DNA of 63,910 nucleotides, filler included, from Octopus bimaculoides (taxonomy: Eukaryota), in assembly GCF_001194135.2 (NCBI RefSeq). It is 5 parts of 5 records of this genome, joined end to end, with 100 filler letters (N's around TTAATTAATTAA, not from the genome) between each part and the next. Parts side by side here need not be neighbours in the genome. Positions count along the whole stretch, not along the records: positions 14,708 to 34,818 come from NC_068981.1; positions 34,919 to 48,992 come from NC_068987.1; 3 more parts are not named here. One strand, 5' to 3'. The notes beneath the pieces were generated by a model that made no database searches, had not been told where the DNA came from, and worked only from the letters and a program-made list of their open reading frames with translations. The translations under genes were made by a program, and so were the position numbers. Shown here in pieces: positions 24,555 to 37,476 of the stretch; the stretch's first letter is position 1; every line of letters begins with the position of its first letter.

Positions 24555-24555
<1 letters not shown>
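24236..24555 (+). mobile_element. tRNA-derived SINE family C (head type 1 plus shared tail)
   Basis: A box ggctaagtggttag and B box gagttcaattcc are present. The 3' ~180 bp match the reverse complements of 36386-36566 and 61532-61705. Confidence 0.85.
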
Positions 24556-24588
<33 letters not shown>

Positions 24589-24609
24589 CGATAGGCTTAA
24601 AAATCAAGT

Positions 24610-24700
24610 AGCGGGTCAATTTGCTCAACTAAAATCACTTCCAAGCAGTTCCCCACAATGGCTGCAGTCCAATGAGTGAAACAATTAAAACATAAAAGGT
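24610..24700 (+). mobile_element. Degenerate 3' end of SINE family A
   Basis: gggtcaatttgctcaactaaa ... atggctgcagtccaatgagtgaaacaa resembles 63005-63068. Confidence 0.55.
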
Positions 24701-26028
24701 AATTGCTTCCACTCAAATATAACAAGGTTTTCAAGAAAAAGAACAGTTTCCATAAAATTAATTTCATTAAAATTGTAGAGGCGAGACATGGTTACTAAAC
24801 AAGGAACTCTCACGAAATAAAGAGACAAAGAAATAAGGAGTGAGATTAAACATCGATCCTATTAAGATTATTATTTGTAAAGCCATCTATACCAGGGAAT
24901 TTCTATTCATTTTTTACGATCAAAGATGATAAAGTGTACAATCGATGGCTTTATGATGGTTCTGTCAATATTTTGGTCTAGATTTAAGTACACAACATAC
25001 ATTTTTAAAATACCATAAAAGGCCGGTATATCTTTATAACCAGATATTATTAGTGGTAAGCACAAATTTCTTTGTTTATATAATATAACAAGATATGAGT
25101 TCAATATTCTCCTACTAAAAGCTACTTCTTTCTCTCTTAGTGAATCCCCATAATCAAATAAATATATACATTGAAGACAAGAGACATAAAAAATCGACCA
25201 AGTTTACATAGCCTTATTACATAGCCTTATAGAAAAAATATTAACCTCATCAGTAGACTCCTCTAAATAGTTATACAGGCATAAAAATTATATTATACTC
25301 TACAAATATACAACGACATTTCTCGACTTTACTTTCTATATACATAATATTTACTAACAACTCTAACCCGTTCCCCCAACAGATCGATGCAAACTCAAAT
25401 TTTCTATTAAAAACGAAAAGGTTCCAAATAGGAAATCAATCATTATTCACTGTTCATTTTTTCTAATAATTTCTCACGTCGTATCGATTTAACTCAACCG
25501 CCTTCATCTTCCCTGTAATTATGCTTCACTTGTTCTATGATTATTCATGCACAAGAGCACATATATATGCGTTCATATATCTGTGTACGTGTGTGTATTT
25601 GTTATATTGATGAGTATGTGTACACACATATATGAATGTGTTTCCGTGTCTGTCTCACCGTTTTTATACATACTTATATGTATGTATATATATATATANN
25701 NNNNNNNNCATTTATATGAATATATATTGCATATATATTTACATTCGTCCACACATACCAACATAGAAATATATGTACAGGCGTATAAGTCTATGAGAGA
25801 GAGCTTGTGCATGTGAGAATAAATAAACTTCAAGAATATGTACTATATGTAGTATAGGCAGATAAAAACTAATTCAAAACAGTATGCACATCATGGCTCT
25901 CATATCAGAAAGATGCAACGATCATAAACATAAATACACACCTCTTCAATATACACACACACACAGACTCGTTGACTTACATTAACACGTCTATAATCAT
26001 TACAAGCATTTGTGCGTGTGTGTATATA

Positions 26029-26061
<33 letters not shown>

Positions 26062-26931
26062 NNNNNNNNNNNNNNNNNNNNNNNNNNNNNNNNNNNNNNN
26101 NNNNNNNNNNNNNNNNNNNNNNNNNNNNNNNNNNNNNNNNNNNNNNNNNNNNNNNNNNNNNNNNNNNNNNNNNNNNNNNNNNNNNNNNNNNNNNNNNNNN
26201 NNNNNNNNNNNNNNNNNNNNNNNNNNNNNNNNNNNNNNNNNNNNNNNNNNNNNNNNNNNNNNNNNNNNNNNNNNNNNNNNNNNNNNNNNNNNNNNNNNNN
26301 NNNNNNNNNNNNNNNNNNNNNNNNNNNNNNNNNNNNNNNNNNNNNNNNNNNNNNNNNNNNNNNNNNNNNNNNNNNNNNNNNNNNNNNNNNNNNNNNNNNN
26401 NNNNNNNNNNNNNNNNNNNNNNNNNNNNNNNNNNNNNNNNNNNNNNNNNNNNNNNNNNNNNNNNNNNNNNNNNNNNNNNNNNNNNNNNNNNNNNNNNNNN
26501 NNNNNNNNNNNNNNNNNNNNNNNNNNNNNNNNNNNNNNNNNNNNNNNNNNNNNNNNNNNNNNNNNNNNNNNNNNNNNNNNNNNNNNNNNNNNNNNNNNNN
26601 NNNNNNNNNNNNNNNNNNNNNNNNNNNNNNNNNNNNNNNNNNNNNNNNNNNNNNNNNNNNNNNNNNNNNNNNNNNNNNNNNNNNNNNNNNNNNNNNNNNN
26701 NNNNNNNNNNNNNNNNNNNNNNNNNNNNNNNNNNNNNNNNNNNNNNNNNNNNNNNNNNNNNNNNNNNNNNNNNNNNNNNNNNNNNNNNNNNNNNNNNNNN
26801 NNNNNNNNNNNNNNNNNNNNNNNNNNNNNNNNNNNNNNNNNNNNNNNNNNNNNNNNNNNNNNNNNNNNNNNNNNNNNNNNNNNNNNNNNNNNNNNNNNNN
26901 NNNNNNNNNNNNNNNNNNNNNNNNNNTATAC

Positions 26932-26985
<54 letters not shown>

Positions 26986-29900
26986 GTATATATAATATAT
27001 ACATATATATATATATATATATAAATATATATACATATATATACAAACATACATATGCACATACTTATATACATATACATATATGTGTATATATACGCAC
27101 ACACACACACGCAAACGCATCCATATATGTATACATACATACATATATTTATCTGTGTGTGAGTGTTGTGCATAAGTATATGTGTGTAGATATATGTATA
27201 AGTAGGTGTTTCTGAGTCTCTTTGCTAGCACAGTCACTTTGAATGAAATTTTAGACATCATCTCACACTATCTTTGAATAGATATGCCATATATATATTT
27301 ACATGCAATCATTGGAACACAAAGAGAAACACATACGTATATATATATATATATATATATATNNNNNNNNNNNNNNNNNNNNNNNNNNNNNNNNNNNNNN
27401 NNNNNNNNNNNNNNNNNNNNNNNNNNNNNNNNNNNNNNNNNNNNNNNNNNNNNNNNNNNNNNNNNNNNNNNNNNNNNNNNNNNNNNNNNNNNNNNNNNNN
27501 NNNNNNNNNNNNNNNNNNNNNNNNNNNNNNNNNNNNNNNNNNNNNNNNNNNNNNNNNNNNNNNNNNNNNNNNNNNNNNNNNNNNNNNNNNNNNNNNNNNN
27601 NNNNNNNNNNNNNNNNNNNNNNNNNNNNNNNNNNNNNNNNNNNNNNNNNNNNNNNNNNNNNNNNNNNNNNNNNNNNNNNNNNNNNNNNNNNNNNNNNNNN
27701 NNNNNNNNNNNNNNNNNNNNNNNNNNNNNNNNNNNNNNNNNNNNNNNNNNNNNNNNNNNNNNNNNNNNNNNNNNNNNNNNNNNNNNNNNNNNNNNNNNNN
27801 NNNNNNNNNNNNNNNNNNNNNNNNNNNNNNNNNNNNNNNNNNNNNNNNNNNNNNNNNNNNNNNNNNNNNNNNNNNNNNNNNNNNNNNNNNNNNNNNNNNN
27901 NNNNNNNNNNNNNNNNNNNNNNNNNNNNNNNNNNNNNNNNNNNNNNNNNNNNNNNNNNNNNNNNNNNNNNNNNNNNNNNNNNNNNNNNNNNNNNNNNNNN
28001 NNNNNNNNNNNNNNNNNNNNNNNNNNNNNNNNNNNNNNNNNNNNNNNNNNNNNNNNNNNNNNNNNNNNNNNNNNNNNNNNNNNNNNNNNNNNNNNNNNNN
28101 NNNNNNNNNNNNNNNNNNNNNNNNNNNNNNNNNNNNNNNNNNNNNNNNNNTATATATATATATATATGTATATTTATATACTTTAGGGCTTTGCATGTAC
28201 ATGCATACTACACACGCATACTGGGGCATTTTTCGATATACATATATGCTTTTAGATTTTATGTATGTAGAAGGTTAAATCGTATATATTTTGTTATAAC
28301 TATTTTATTTTGTGAAGCAACATGTTAGACTCATCCAACAAGCGTTTTGCCCAATTTCTGTATATTTCGTCTTTTCTCTTAACTTGAATTAGTTCTTTTG
28401 TTTTTTGTTTTTTTATCTCTGAAATTCAAATTCACATCACGTAGAATGCTACAGTTTGTGAAATCACTTTTTCTACTAAATAATAGTTTTAAAATCGTCG
28501 AAAATTGAAAGAAATTTCAAACTAGTTAAAAATTGCATTTTTCTAAAATGCAACATAAAAAATAAAGGAAATCTTAACCTGAAAATGTTTATCACTTTCG
28601 TTTTTATTTTGGACGAACGTCTCTTGTAGATTATTCAACATATAAACTAACGACGTGGATTTAAATAATAACTATCGAATAATTGCGTATTATTCAATAA
28701 TTATTATTTCCATTTAAAATATCAAATGAAGTCATTACTAATCGAATTGTTAATTGCTGGAGACAACTACAACTTTCGAATTCTCTATAAACTTCTTAAT
28801 ATTTCACTGTCCCTAAGAATTACACATATAAAATATGGGATGTTCAATTCCCCTTTAGTACTTAGATATATTCATACTTGATATATTTTAGCTTTGTATA
28901 CAAAGTTCATTTAAGACACACGCCATTGAACTGCACTTAATCTACTGGATGGTGCTGCTAACGCACACGCTCACATCCTGATTCTAATAAAACAAAAGCT
29001 ACTCTATTCATTATTGTGATACGATCGCCTATAGTTTTCTTTAATTAGTTTCCAGCCGCACTATTGTTTCCCACCCATCTTTAGTCACAACTGTTTCTGC
29101 TTTTTTATCGTGTCTCCTATATTCTTTCTTCATTGTGTCTTACTTATCCAACCAACGTTTCCTGATTCCGTCACCCCTGGTGCGTGTAGCCTGCTAGATC
29201 CTGCACTAAACTCTTTACAAAATACTGTGAGAAGTGTAGCTTTCTGGAATTCTCCCACCATTTTTTTTTTTTTAGCTCCAGACACCACTCAAAATGATCA
29301 ATCAGCATATCGATAGCGTCAATGTGAAAGGATCTGAAATGTTCATGTACATTACGCTTTCATCTCGAGGGTAAGTAATCAAACTGCTTAGCAGCAAGTT
29401 TGAGAGTTAGATGCATATGGTTAATGTGGTATGTTGATTAAGGTGCGTCTATTGTAAAGTTTGTGAAAAGTCTGCTTTAGTAGTAGTGATGGTCACTGCT
29501 CTTTAATTTCAAACACTGTTGGGGTAGTGATGTAAGAGCCGGTGTCATTAATACTACTACAGTTATATTTTTGGGGTGTAAACACGTGTGTGGTGAGGGT
29601 TTTGCTGTGCTCTATTTTTGAATGCATGTCTCCATGTCTCATCAGGTAGTGAAGCAACTCTGTAGGTCTTTCAACTGTTTCTGCTACGACAAAAGAGATG
29701 CCCCGCGTGGCATGTCAGTAGTTAACTATGTTTAAAATACGACAACACTATTAGCATCGTATCTACTTCCTCTGAGATTATATTTAATTGGACGAAAATT
29801 TTAATCTAAACTATGTATAAACAATGGATAATTAAAATAGATAATGATGTACTGAGTGATACATGCGATTTAGTTTGTGTGTTAATCTGATTGCAGTTAT

Positions 29901-32243
29901 CGCTCTCAAAGAATTAATTAATCACACAAAATCTTTAATTGCTATGCTTAAGGAAACCATTTTAGTTGTGTAAGCTGACAAGATGACAGCTACTGATCAG
30001 TTTTGGGCCTGTAACATCTCATCATTAAGCATTATTATCTCAAGCCAGCTCAGTCGGTAAACAGACGTTTTCTTTTTTTACAACTAGAAAACATGATATG
30101 AACACTCATAGTAGCCCACATACGTTTACATAAGAGTAAATATTTCAAGTAATTCAGAATTAATTTCACGATTATTAAATTTTGAAGCTTAGAGGAAAAA
30201 TCTCATATTTCTTTGTAGAGAAGAAGAAAGCCACGGATATGCGTTAGTATTGTTAGACTTCCTCTGCGAAGGCCTGTTTTTAGACCTCATCAAAGAAGTG
30301 TACACTTGCGTAGACTACTTGATTATTGACCCTTTTTTTTTTTAGAAATATAGAGAGGGTTACGAAGTTTTGTTCAGTAGTAAATTATACTGATGGTATA
30401 TCATTCATCACATAGATTATCACCAAACGATCGAAATATTTCGGATTTAATGATGTGAAAAGAATTAAGATTGCGAAGTTAGATAAGTCTATCTATATTT
30501 ATCTAAATTTCTTGAAAAGAATGTAGCGTACTATCACAAATCATTATTTTAAGTTTTCGTGAAACACTGCGACAAGCGAAAGTTGAAGATTAATTTAAGA
30601 AAATATATATATCTACCTATTCAAAAATATATTCTTGTAACCCTGTGGGAGAAATTTTAAATACACATTTCCCTGCCAATAATATACAGTATCGAATGTA
30701 AATACAACTTTATGAAATCTGTACAATAATTCATAGTTACTGAAAGTCAAGCTGACCCTCTCGAAACCATTTATGTTTAACATTTAGAAATTGTTAAATC
30801 TATGATTACATCTGTCTATCTGTGTATGTTCATGTTCTTTACGTTCGGTTTCTGAATTTATATATGAGCTGTAAATTGTCTGTACATGATCAAATATAAG
30901 TGTGCCTCAGTGCGTGTGTGTATTCGCTACGTTGTGTTAATTTCCGTGTTCATGTGTTCAAAAGTTTAAGCAACAGCTTTGAAACATTAAAAACTTTTTT
31001 TCCCAAAGCAGTACCCATCGACTTCTACTAGATATTTTCTCCAACCTAAAAAGAAATTCGTATCAATTTCCTCTGGTTATATCTCCTTCTCTTTTTAAAA
31101 TGCAAGAAGCACATTATTCTAATCAATTTGAAAATAAAGAATTGTTTTCGTTTTTTTTAATTTTTATTATTATTATTTACTTCATAAATCTTTTTACTGA
31201 GCGATAAAGAAACATCATGGCTGCAAATGATTTTTTTATTAATTTGAAATGTAAGGCTGCAACACATGCTTCGTGGCAGACTTGTGTATCAGAAACCAGT
31301 CAGAAATCAAAGTAATTAAAGGAAGTGGAATTGAAGAGGAAATGCTGTTTAGATGCGATGACAAATAATTGAACTGAAGTTAAATTCAAGTGAAACAAGT
31401 GTCATGATGTCTGACAGATCCTTTGTTATTTACCAGTTGTTACTGTTTTTCCATTGTATAGTTGCCATTAAATATAGCACAGAACTAAACTAAAATTACA
31501 ACCAATCGTTTATATTTTTTTTATATCTGCAAAACAAAAAATATAAAGATTGAAATTGCGACTGTCTTTTCCTCATTTATAACAGTCTGCGCAACATGGG
31601 TTCCACAATTCCACCTCCAGACCAAAGTTCGAAGCCACATGAAAGAGGAAACAGGAATCTTTATTTATTGCCGCGAAGTAAATCTATTTTAAACAACTGT
31701 GTTGGAAAGGAAACACAGCAAAAGGGCCAGTAATTAACTTCTATTTCTCGTTGCTACTGTCCATTCTAATGTCTTTAATTTCCCTTTCTTTTCGCCAGAG
31801 TTGGTTTCAGTTTGATTTAATTAGTCTTTAATCAGTGGAGAGTTTATTTCAGAATAGAAATGAAGGGATTAAAGTATCGAATAGAGAATAAAAGGAAAAA
31901 CAAAAATTTATTACTCGCCTTTGGTTATGAAGGATACGCTAAAATGTAGCAAACTTCAACTAAATTTTAACATAAACAATATCCACACACACGGTCACAC
32001 AGACACACACATATTCATATATATATATATATGTATGTATATGTATATATATATATATATATNNNNNNNNNNCGAATAAATACAGACACGTTTACCACTT
32101 CATATATATTCATATATACAATCTTATAAGATAAACACGTACGTGTGTAAATATAAACAATTTCCTCCAAGTTTAAAAAACAGTTTGTTTGCTTGTTTGT
32201 TTGTTGGTCTGTTTGTTTGTTTGTTTGTTTGTTTGTGTGTGTT

Positions 32244-32299
<56 letters not shown>

Positions 32300-33379
32300 T
32301 GTGTGTGTGTTTTAAATGTGGAGGAAATTGTTTTCGCTAGAGTGTAAACGAAGTACAAGTTAAAATCAAAATAAATTTTAAATGAAATATACAGATATAA
32401 TCAAAGGTAAGCTAAAAATAAACTGTACATATGATTTAGGTTTCTTTCTTTGAAATGCGAGTGTTATCTAAAGATAGATGGACTCAGAATAGAAAAAAAA
32501 AGAAAACAAAAAGAAAATATTTAAACTATTTTTGTCTAGCTCAGGGAGAAATAAAATAAAATTTCATTCGATGTAGCAATCAGAACTAAATTCCGAAATA
32601 CTCCAATATTTTGAAACTAACTTGGATTGTTTTATTTTGCTTTACTTGGTATAATTTTCAATGGTTATAATTATATTTTATTTTATTTCTATTTTATTTT
32701 TATTTTATCTTGATATTATTTTATTATTATACTCCTCATTGCTAATAACAATTTGATTTGTTTTCCCAATTTTAGTTTCTGCTGGTCAGCTAATTCAATT
32801 TCATAAGGTTTATTTAACAGTAATTCAATCATGCATGAAATAACACTGGAAAAGTTTTCAGAATATTTTATTTCATTTTGTTGTTGGTTTACAAAGAAAC
32901 GTCAGCTGCACCTTTTGTAGTTTTCGAATACGAATGGTCATAATGAGTGGATGTTATATTCGACACACCTACCATGCTGACATCTCCCTTACTAAACTAA
33001 CCACCTCTTACATTCTGTCATAAGCATCACAGGCTCTTGCTAGTCTTCACTCTAACCTCATTCACTTTCTTCCTATTTTTCTCTTTTCCTCTCCCTCTTA
33101 CTATCTCCCCCTCCCTCTTTCTATCTTTCTCCTTATCTCTACTTTATCTTTTACTAGTTTATGGATATTTTCTATCCTCTTCTTCGTGAATACTGAAATT
33201 TAGTTATTCCGGCATTGAATAAGGACTACAACAGTGAATCAGTCTAATGATTCAGATAAAAAATAATAATAATATGCAGCATAGTGGTGAGGAGGAGAAA
33301 GTGAAGGAGAGGGAGAGTGAAAAGAGGAAGATACTGATTTCCAGCCTTAAAGACAGATAAAAAAAAATGTGTAAGGAAG

Positions 33380-33480
33380 AATAGATTCAATCGAGTCCAT
33401 TACATGCCTGGTATTCATTTTATCGACGTTAGAATGATGAAAGCCTTTGATCTCGGAGCGGAGAGGGAAACCGCTAAATA
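33380..33480 (-). mobile_element. SINE family B fragment
   Basis: ctggtattcattttatcgac...gatgaaag...accgctaa matches the internal part of the minus copies at 3805 and 4056. Confidence 0.5.
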
Positions 33481-33982
33481 GTTGATTGAATTTAGTACTC
33501 TGTTCTATCATTTGTGCTATTCAATTTGCTTTTAATCATCGCCATCATTATCATCGTCATCATGATCATAATCATCATTAATTTCTAAAGTGTGTACAAG
33601 GCCATACACATTTTGAGGAAGGTAAAGAGCCGGTCAAATCAACACCCGTATTTGATTGGTTCTCGTTTAATATTGCGACTGATCGCATATTTGATCAACT
33701 TTGATTTTAGGGTGGAAAATTTGGTCTAGTACCGATTAAGCCTAAAGGCTTCATAGTACAAAACAGCAGTTATAGCTCGAGAAAAACTATATAAGCATGT
33801 TGCGTTACCTTTGTATTATTACAGTGTAATTCACATTGAACTACACTGTTGACTCTCTTAGTCAATAGTGCAACTATTGACTCTCTTATAGTGTAAAGTG
33901 ATATATTTCATTTTACAAAGCATTTAGTTCGCTCTCTGTCTACTTCTGTCACATCATCTTCATTACTATCAATAATAATAAA

Positions 33983-34148
33983 CAGGAGTGGCTGTGTGGT
34001 AAGTAGCTTGCTTATCAACCACATGGTTTCCGGTTCAGTCCCACTGTGTGACACCTTGGGCTAGTGTCTTCTACTGTAGCCTCCGGCCGACCAATGACTT
34101 GTGAGTAGATTTAGTAGACGGAAACTGAAAGCCCGGCGTATATATATC

Positions 34149-34244
<96 letters not shown>

Positions 34245-34480
34245 TATGTGTGTGTGTGTGCGTGTGCGTGCGTGTGTACGCGTGTGTCTGTCCTCCAACA
34301 CCATCGCTTGACAATAGATGTTGGTGTGTTCATGTCCCCGTAACTTAGACGTTCGGCAAAAGAAAAACGATAGAATAAGTACTAGGCTTACAAAGAATAT
34401 ATCCTGGGGTCACTTGTTCGACTAAAGGTGGTGCTCCAGCATGGCCGTAGTCAAATGACTGAAGCAAATAAAAGAAAAAG
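33983..34480 (+). mobile_element. SINE family A with an expanded internal (TG)n tract
   Basis: Head gtggctgtgtggtaag ... ggttcagtccc, an internal TG tract at about 34150-34290, and tail ggtgctccagcatggcc...gtcaaatgactgaa. Confidence 0.92.
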
Positions 34481-34504
34481 AATTCTTTCGGTTGGAGGCA
34501 AAAG

Positions 34505-34693
34505 GTCTGAAACTTTAAGAAAGGGGGACAGTCGATTCCGTCGACCCCAGTGCTTGACTGGTGTTTATTTTCCCGGCCAAGAAAGGATGAATGTCAAGAC
34601 TAATCCTAGTGAAAGTTGAACTCAGAATCTAAAAATCAGATAAAAATGCAGGAATGCATTTTACTCAGTGTACCAATGATTCTGCCAGCTCGC
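34505..34693 (-). mobile_element. SINE family B, diverged
   Basis: Reverse complement has gcgagctggcagaatc ... gagttcaact; the head abuts the (AAT)n array at 34708. Confidence 0.7.
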
Positions 34694-34707
34694 AGATGGA
34701 ATCAAGA

Positions 34708-34713
34708 TTAATG

Positions 34714-34777
<64 letters not shown>

Positions 34778-34818
34778 TAATAATGATAATAATAATAATA
34801 ATAATAGTAATAATAATA
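34708..34818. repeat. (AAT)n microsatellite
   Basis: Direct reading. Confidence 0.97.
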
Positions 34819-35159
34819 NNNNNNNNNNNNNNNNNNNNNNNNNNNNNNNNNNNNNNNNNNNNTTAATTAATTAANNNNNNNNNNNNNNNNNNNNNNNNNN
34901 NNNNNNNNNNNNNNNNNNTTGGCTTATTGTGGTTGTTTCTGTTATTATAATTGTTGCTGCAATAAAGTATCTTCAATGCATTGATTTTGAGCTCTATCCT
35001 TTAAGAGACATGTATATATATATATATATATATAAACAACAACAAAACACAAATACCATTGTTATACTCATTATAAATGTTATATACGGTGGCATTTATC
35101 TTTATCTATTAATTTTCCTCGGAAGATTAACACTAGACTAATAATTTCGTGGTGATGAC

Positions 35160-35345
35160 AACAACGTCTACATCGATGATGACGTGATGTCGACAATATA
35201 AGTGATGATGATGATGATGATAATGATGATGATGATGATGATAATGATGATGATGTTGATGATGATGATGACGATGACGATGACGATGATGATGACGATG
35301 ACGATGACGATGATGACGACTACTACGACATCAACGATGACTAAC
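35160..35345. repeat. (GAT)n/(GAC)n microsatellite
   Basis: Direct reading. Confidence 0.93.
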
Positions 35346-35751
35346 AATTTCAATCTCCAAGTAAACGATCGAATAATGATATGTATGTTTATGTTTTCTA
35401 CAATTTAAGCAAGTTTGTCTGAAGATATGTCAGTTTTCTCATATCGTAAATATCTGCATTGGTTTCATGTTTTGTTTCTTCGAGTGTGTACATGGTTATT
35501 TGTTGTTACTGTATATATGCTTCTGTGTATGTCTATGAAAATATCTGTGTAGGATAATAAGTTTCTGGCGATGTGCTTGTACCGGAATACTCGTGTGTAC
35601 GGGCTTCATTTTATAATGCGATACAATAAATATAGATGTGAGTTCTATGCAAACGTGTAAGAGAACTTTTAACAGTATCCTTTATCTAGCTTCAATTAAT
35701 AGTGTGCGGAGGAAGCTAGCATGTAACCGAGAAGCCATGATTAAGACAGGA

Positions 35752-35893
<142 letters not shown>

Positions 35894-36375
35894 AATGAGA
35901 GAGAACAGCTCAAAAAAAGAGGAGGACAGTGGGGGACGCAGAAAAAAGACAGAGAAATAAATAGAGTGTAGAATGAAAGTGAAAGCAACGATAATTGAAG
36001 TGGCTGAGAGAACATCACCGTTAATCGGCCCTTATTCAGTATTCCAGGAAGGTAGAATCGACACAGTTAAAATACAACCATAAAATCTCACCTGGTATTG
36101 ATGTCTTCGGGAAAAGTCTTTAGTCAGGCTTAGACGTTAATTTGTTTTCTTCGATTCTAAGTTGAAAGTTTTCATTTATATGCTTCAATATTTTTCGTTC
36201 TTTTTCTTTCGTTTGTATTATTTACCTTCTATCATGTATATTTCTCACCTTATCTCACATTCTAAGTTTTGTATTTATTTCAGTACATCATAGTCTTTAG
36301 ATTCTTTCTTTATTCAACCGAGGCTCATAGTTGCAGAAACTTGGAAATATATGTTTCACATACATATATTCATAC

Positions 36376-36740
36376 ATGGATGGATGGCACTCCGTCGGTT
36401 ACAACGACGAGGGTTCCAGTTGATCCGATCAACGGAACAGCCTGCTCGTGAAATTAACGTGCTAGTGGCTGAGCACTCCACAGACACGTGTACCCTTAAC
36501 GTAGTTCTCAGGGAGATTCAGCGTGACATAGGGTGTGACAAGGCTGGCCCCTTTGAAATACAGGTACAACAGAAACAGGAAGAAAGAGTGAGAGAAAGTT
36601 GTGGTGAAAGAGTACAGCAGGGTTCGCCACCATCCGCTGCCGGAACCTCGTGGAACTATAGGTGTTTTCGCCCAATAAACACTCACAACGCTCCTACAAC
36701 CGCGAGCCCGCTGCTCTATCCACTGGGTCATTGCGCCTCC
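36376..36740 (-). mobile_element. SINE family C (head type 2 plus shared tail), no B box visible
   Basis: Minus strand ggaggcgcaatgacccagtgg (A box) leads into a distinct middle domain and then the shared tail ending cgacggagtgcc(atcc)n. Confidence 0.85.
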
Positions 36741-37437
36741 ACTATCCATTGTTTTTACTGATGGATACCTACGGTGTGCTGTAATTGTTTTTCACTCATG
36801 TGTTGTGAACCTTTTTTGGACATGGTGAGCGGAATTGAACTTTACATGTTTTGCCTGCTGATACCTGCTGGGTGCATGTTGTTCGCTCTTGTGTGTGCCG
36901 AACTGGTGCGGACTTACGTTTTGGTGTCTACTGGTTTTGAGTTGTGAAATGTGCCCGAGGGAGTTGAAGAACTTTGAACTTTAATTCTAAATGGTGTTAA
37001 ATCACTTCTGTCCTTGATTTTCAACCAATAGACTACTTTATGGTACCTCATTTCTTCATTTTATTTTATTTTACTTTTTTCTATATCAACTTATATTATA
37101 TTATTATATTACATTTTTGAAATTTGTATTCCTTGTATTCGTATTAATTTTTATTCGTATTAATTTTAACTTTTTTAACTTCTATGAAATGATATTTACG
37201 TGTATTGTATTAACTCAGTTTTTTTCAGTTGTATGTTATCGGTTGAAACAATATATTCGTGTATAAAAATGTTATACTATATGCTATATTTTCTATTTGT
37301 TATTTCTTCTTGCGTTATTTTTCTTGCGTTACTTCTTCTTATTCCTTATGTTTGACGGATTATGTTGTATTTCTTATATATGTTCATTGAGGTGGTGTGA
37401 TATGTTGAGTCGTTAACCCAGTCTTTTTATTCTATAA

Positions 37438-37469
<32 letters not shown>

Positions 37470-37476
<7 letters not shown>

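Noticed and set aside
25900-28328. Long ORFs of 300-450 aa in the ORF track (also around 2464-3183, 13066-14005, 46169-47135, 56137-56905 and 57928-58864)
   Set aside because: They consist of N gaps and YI/CV/HT dipeptide repeats from microsatellites.
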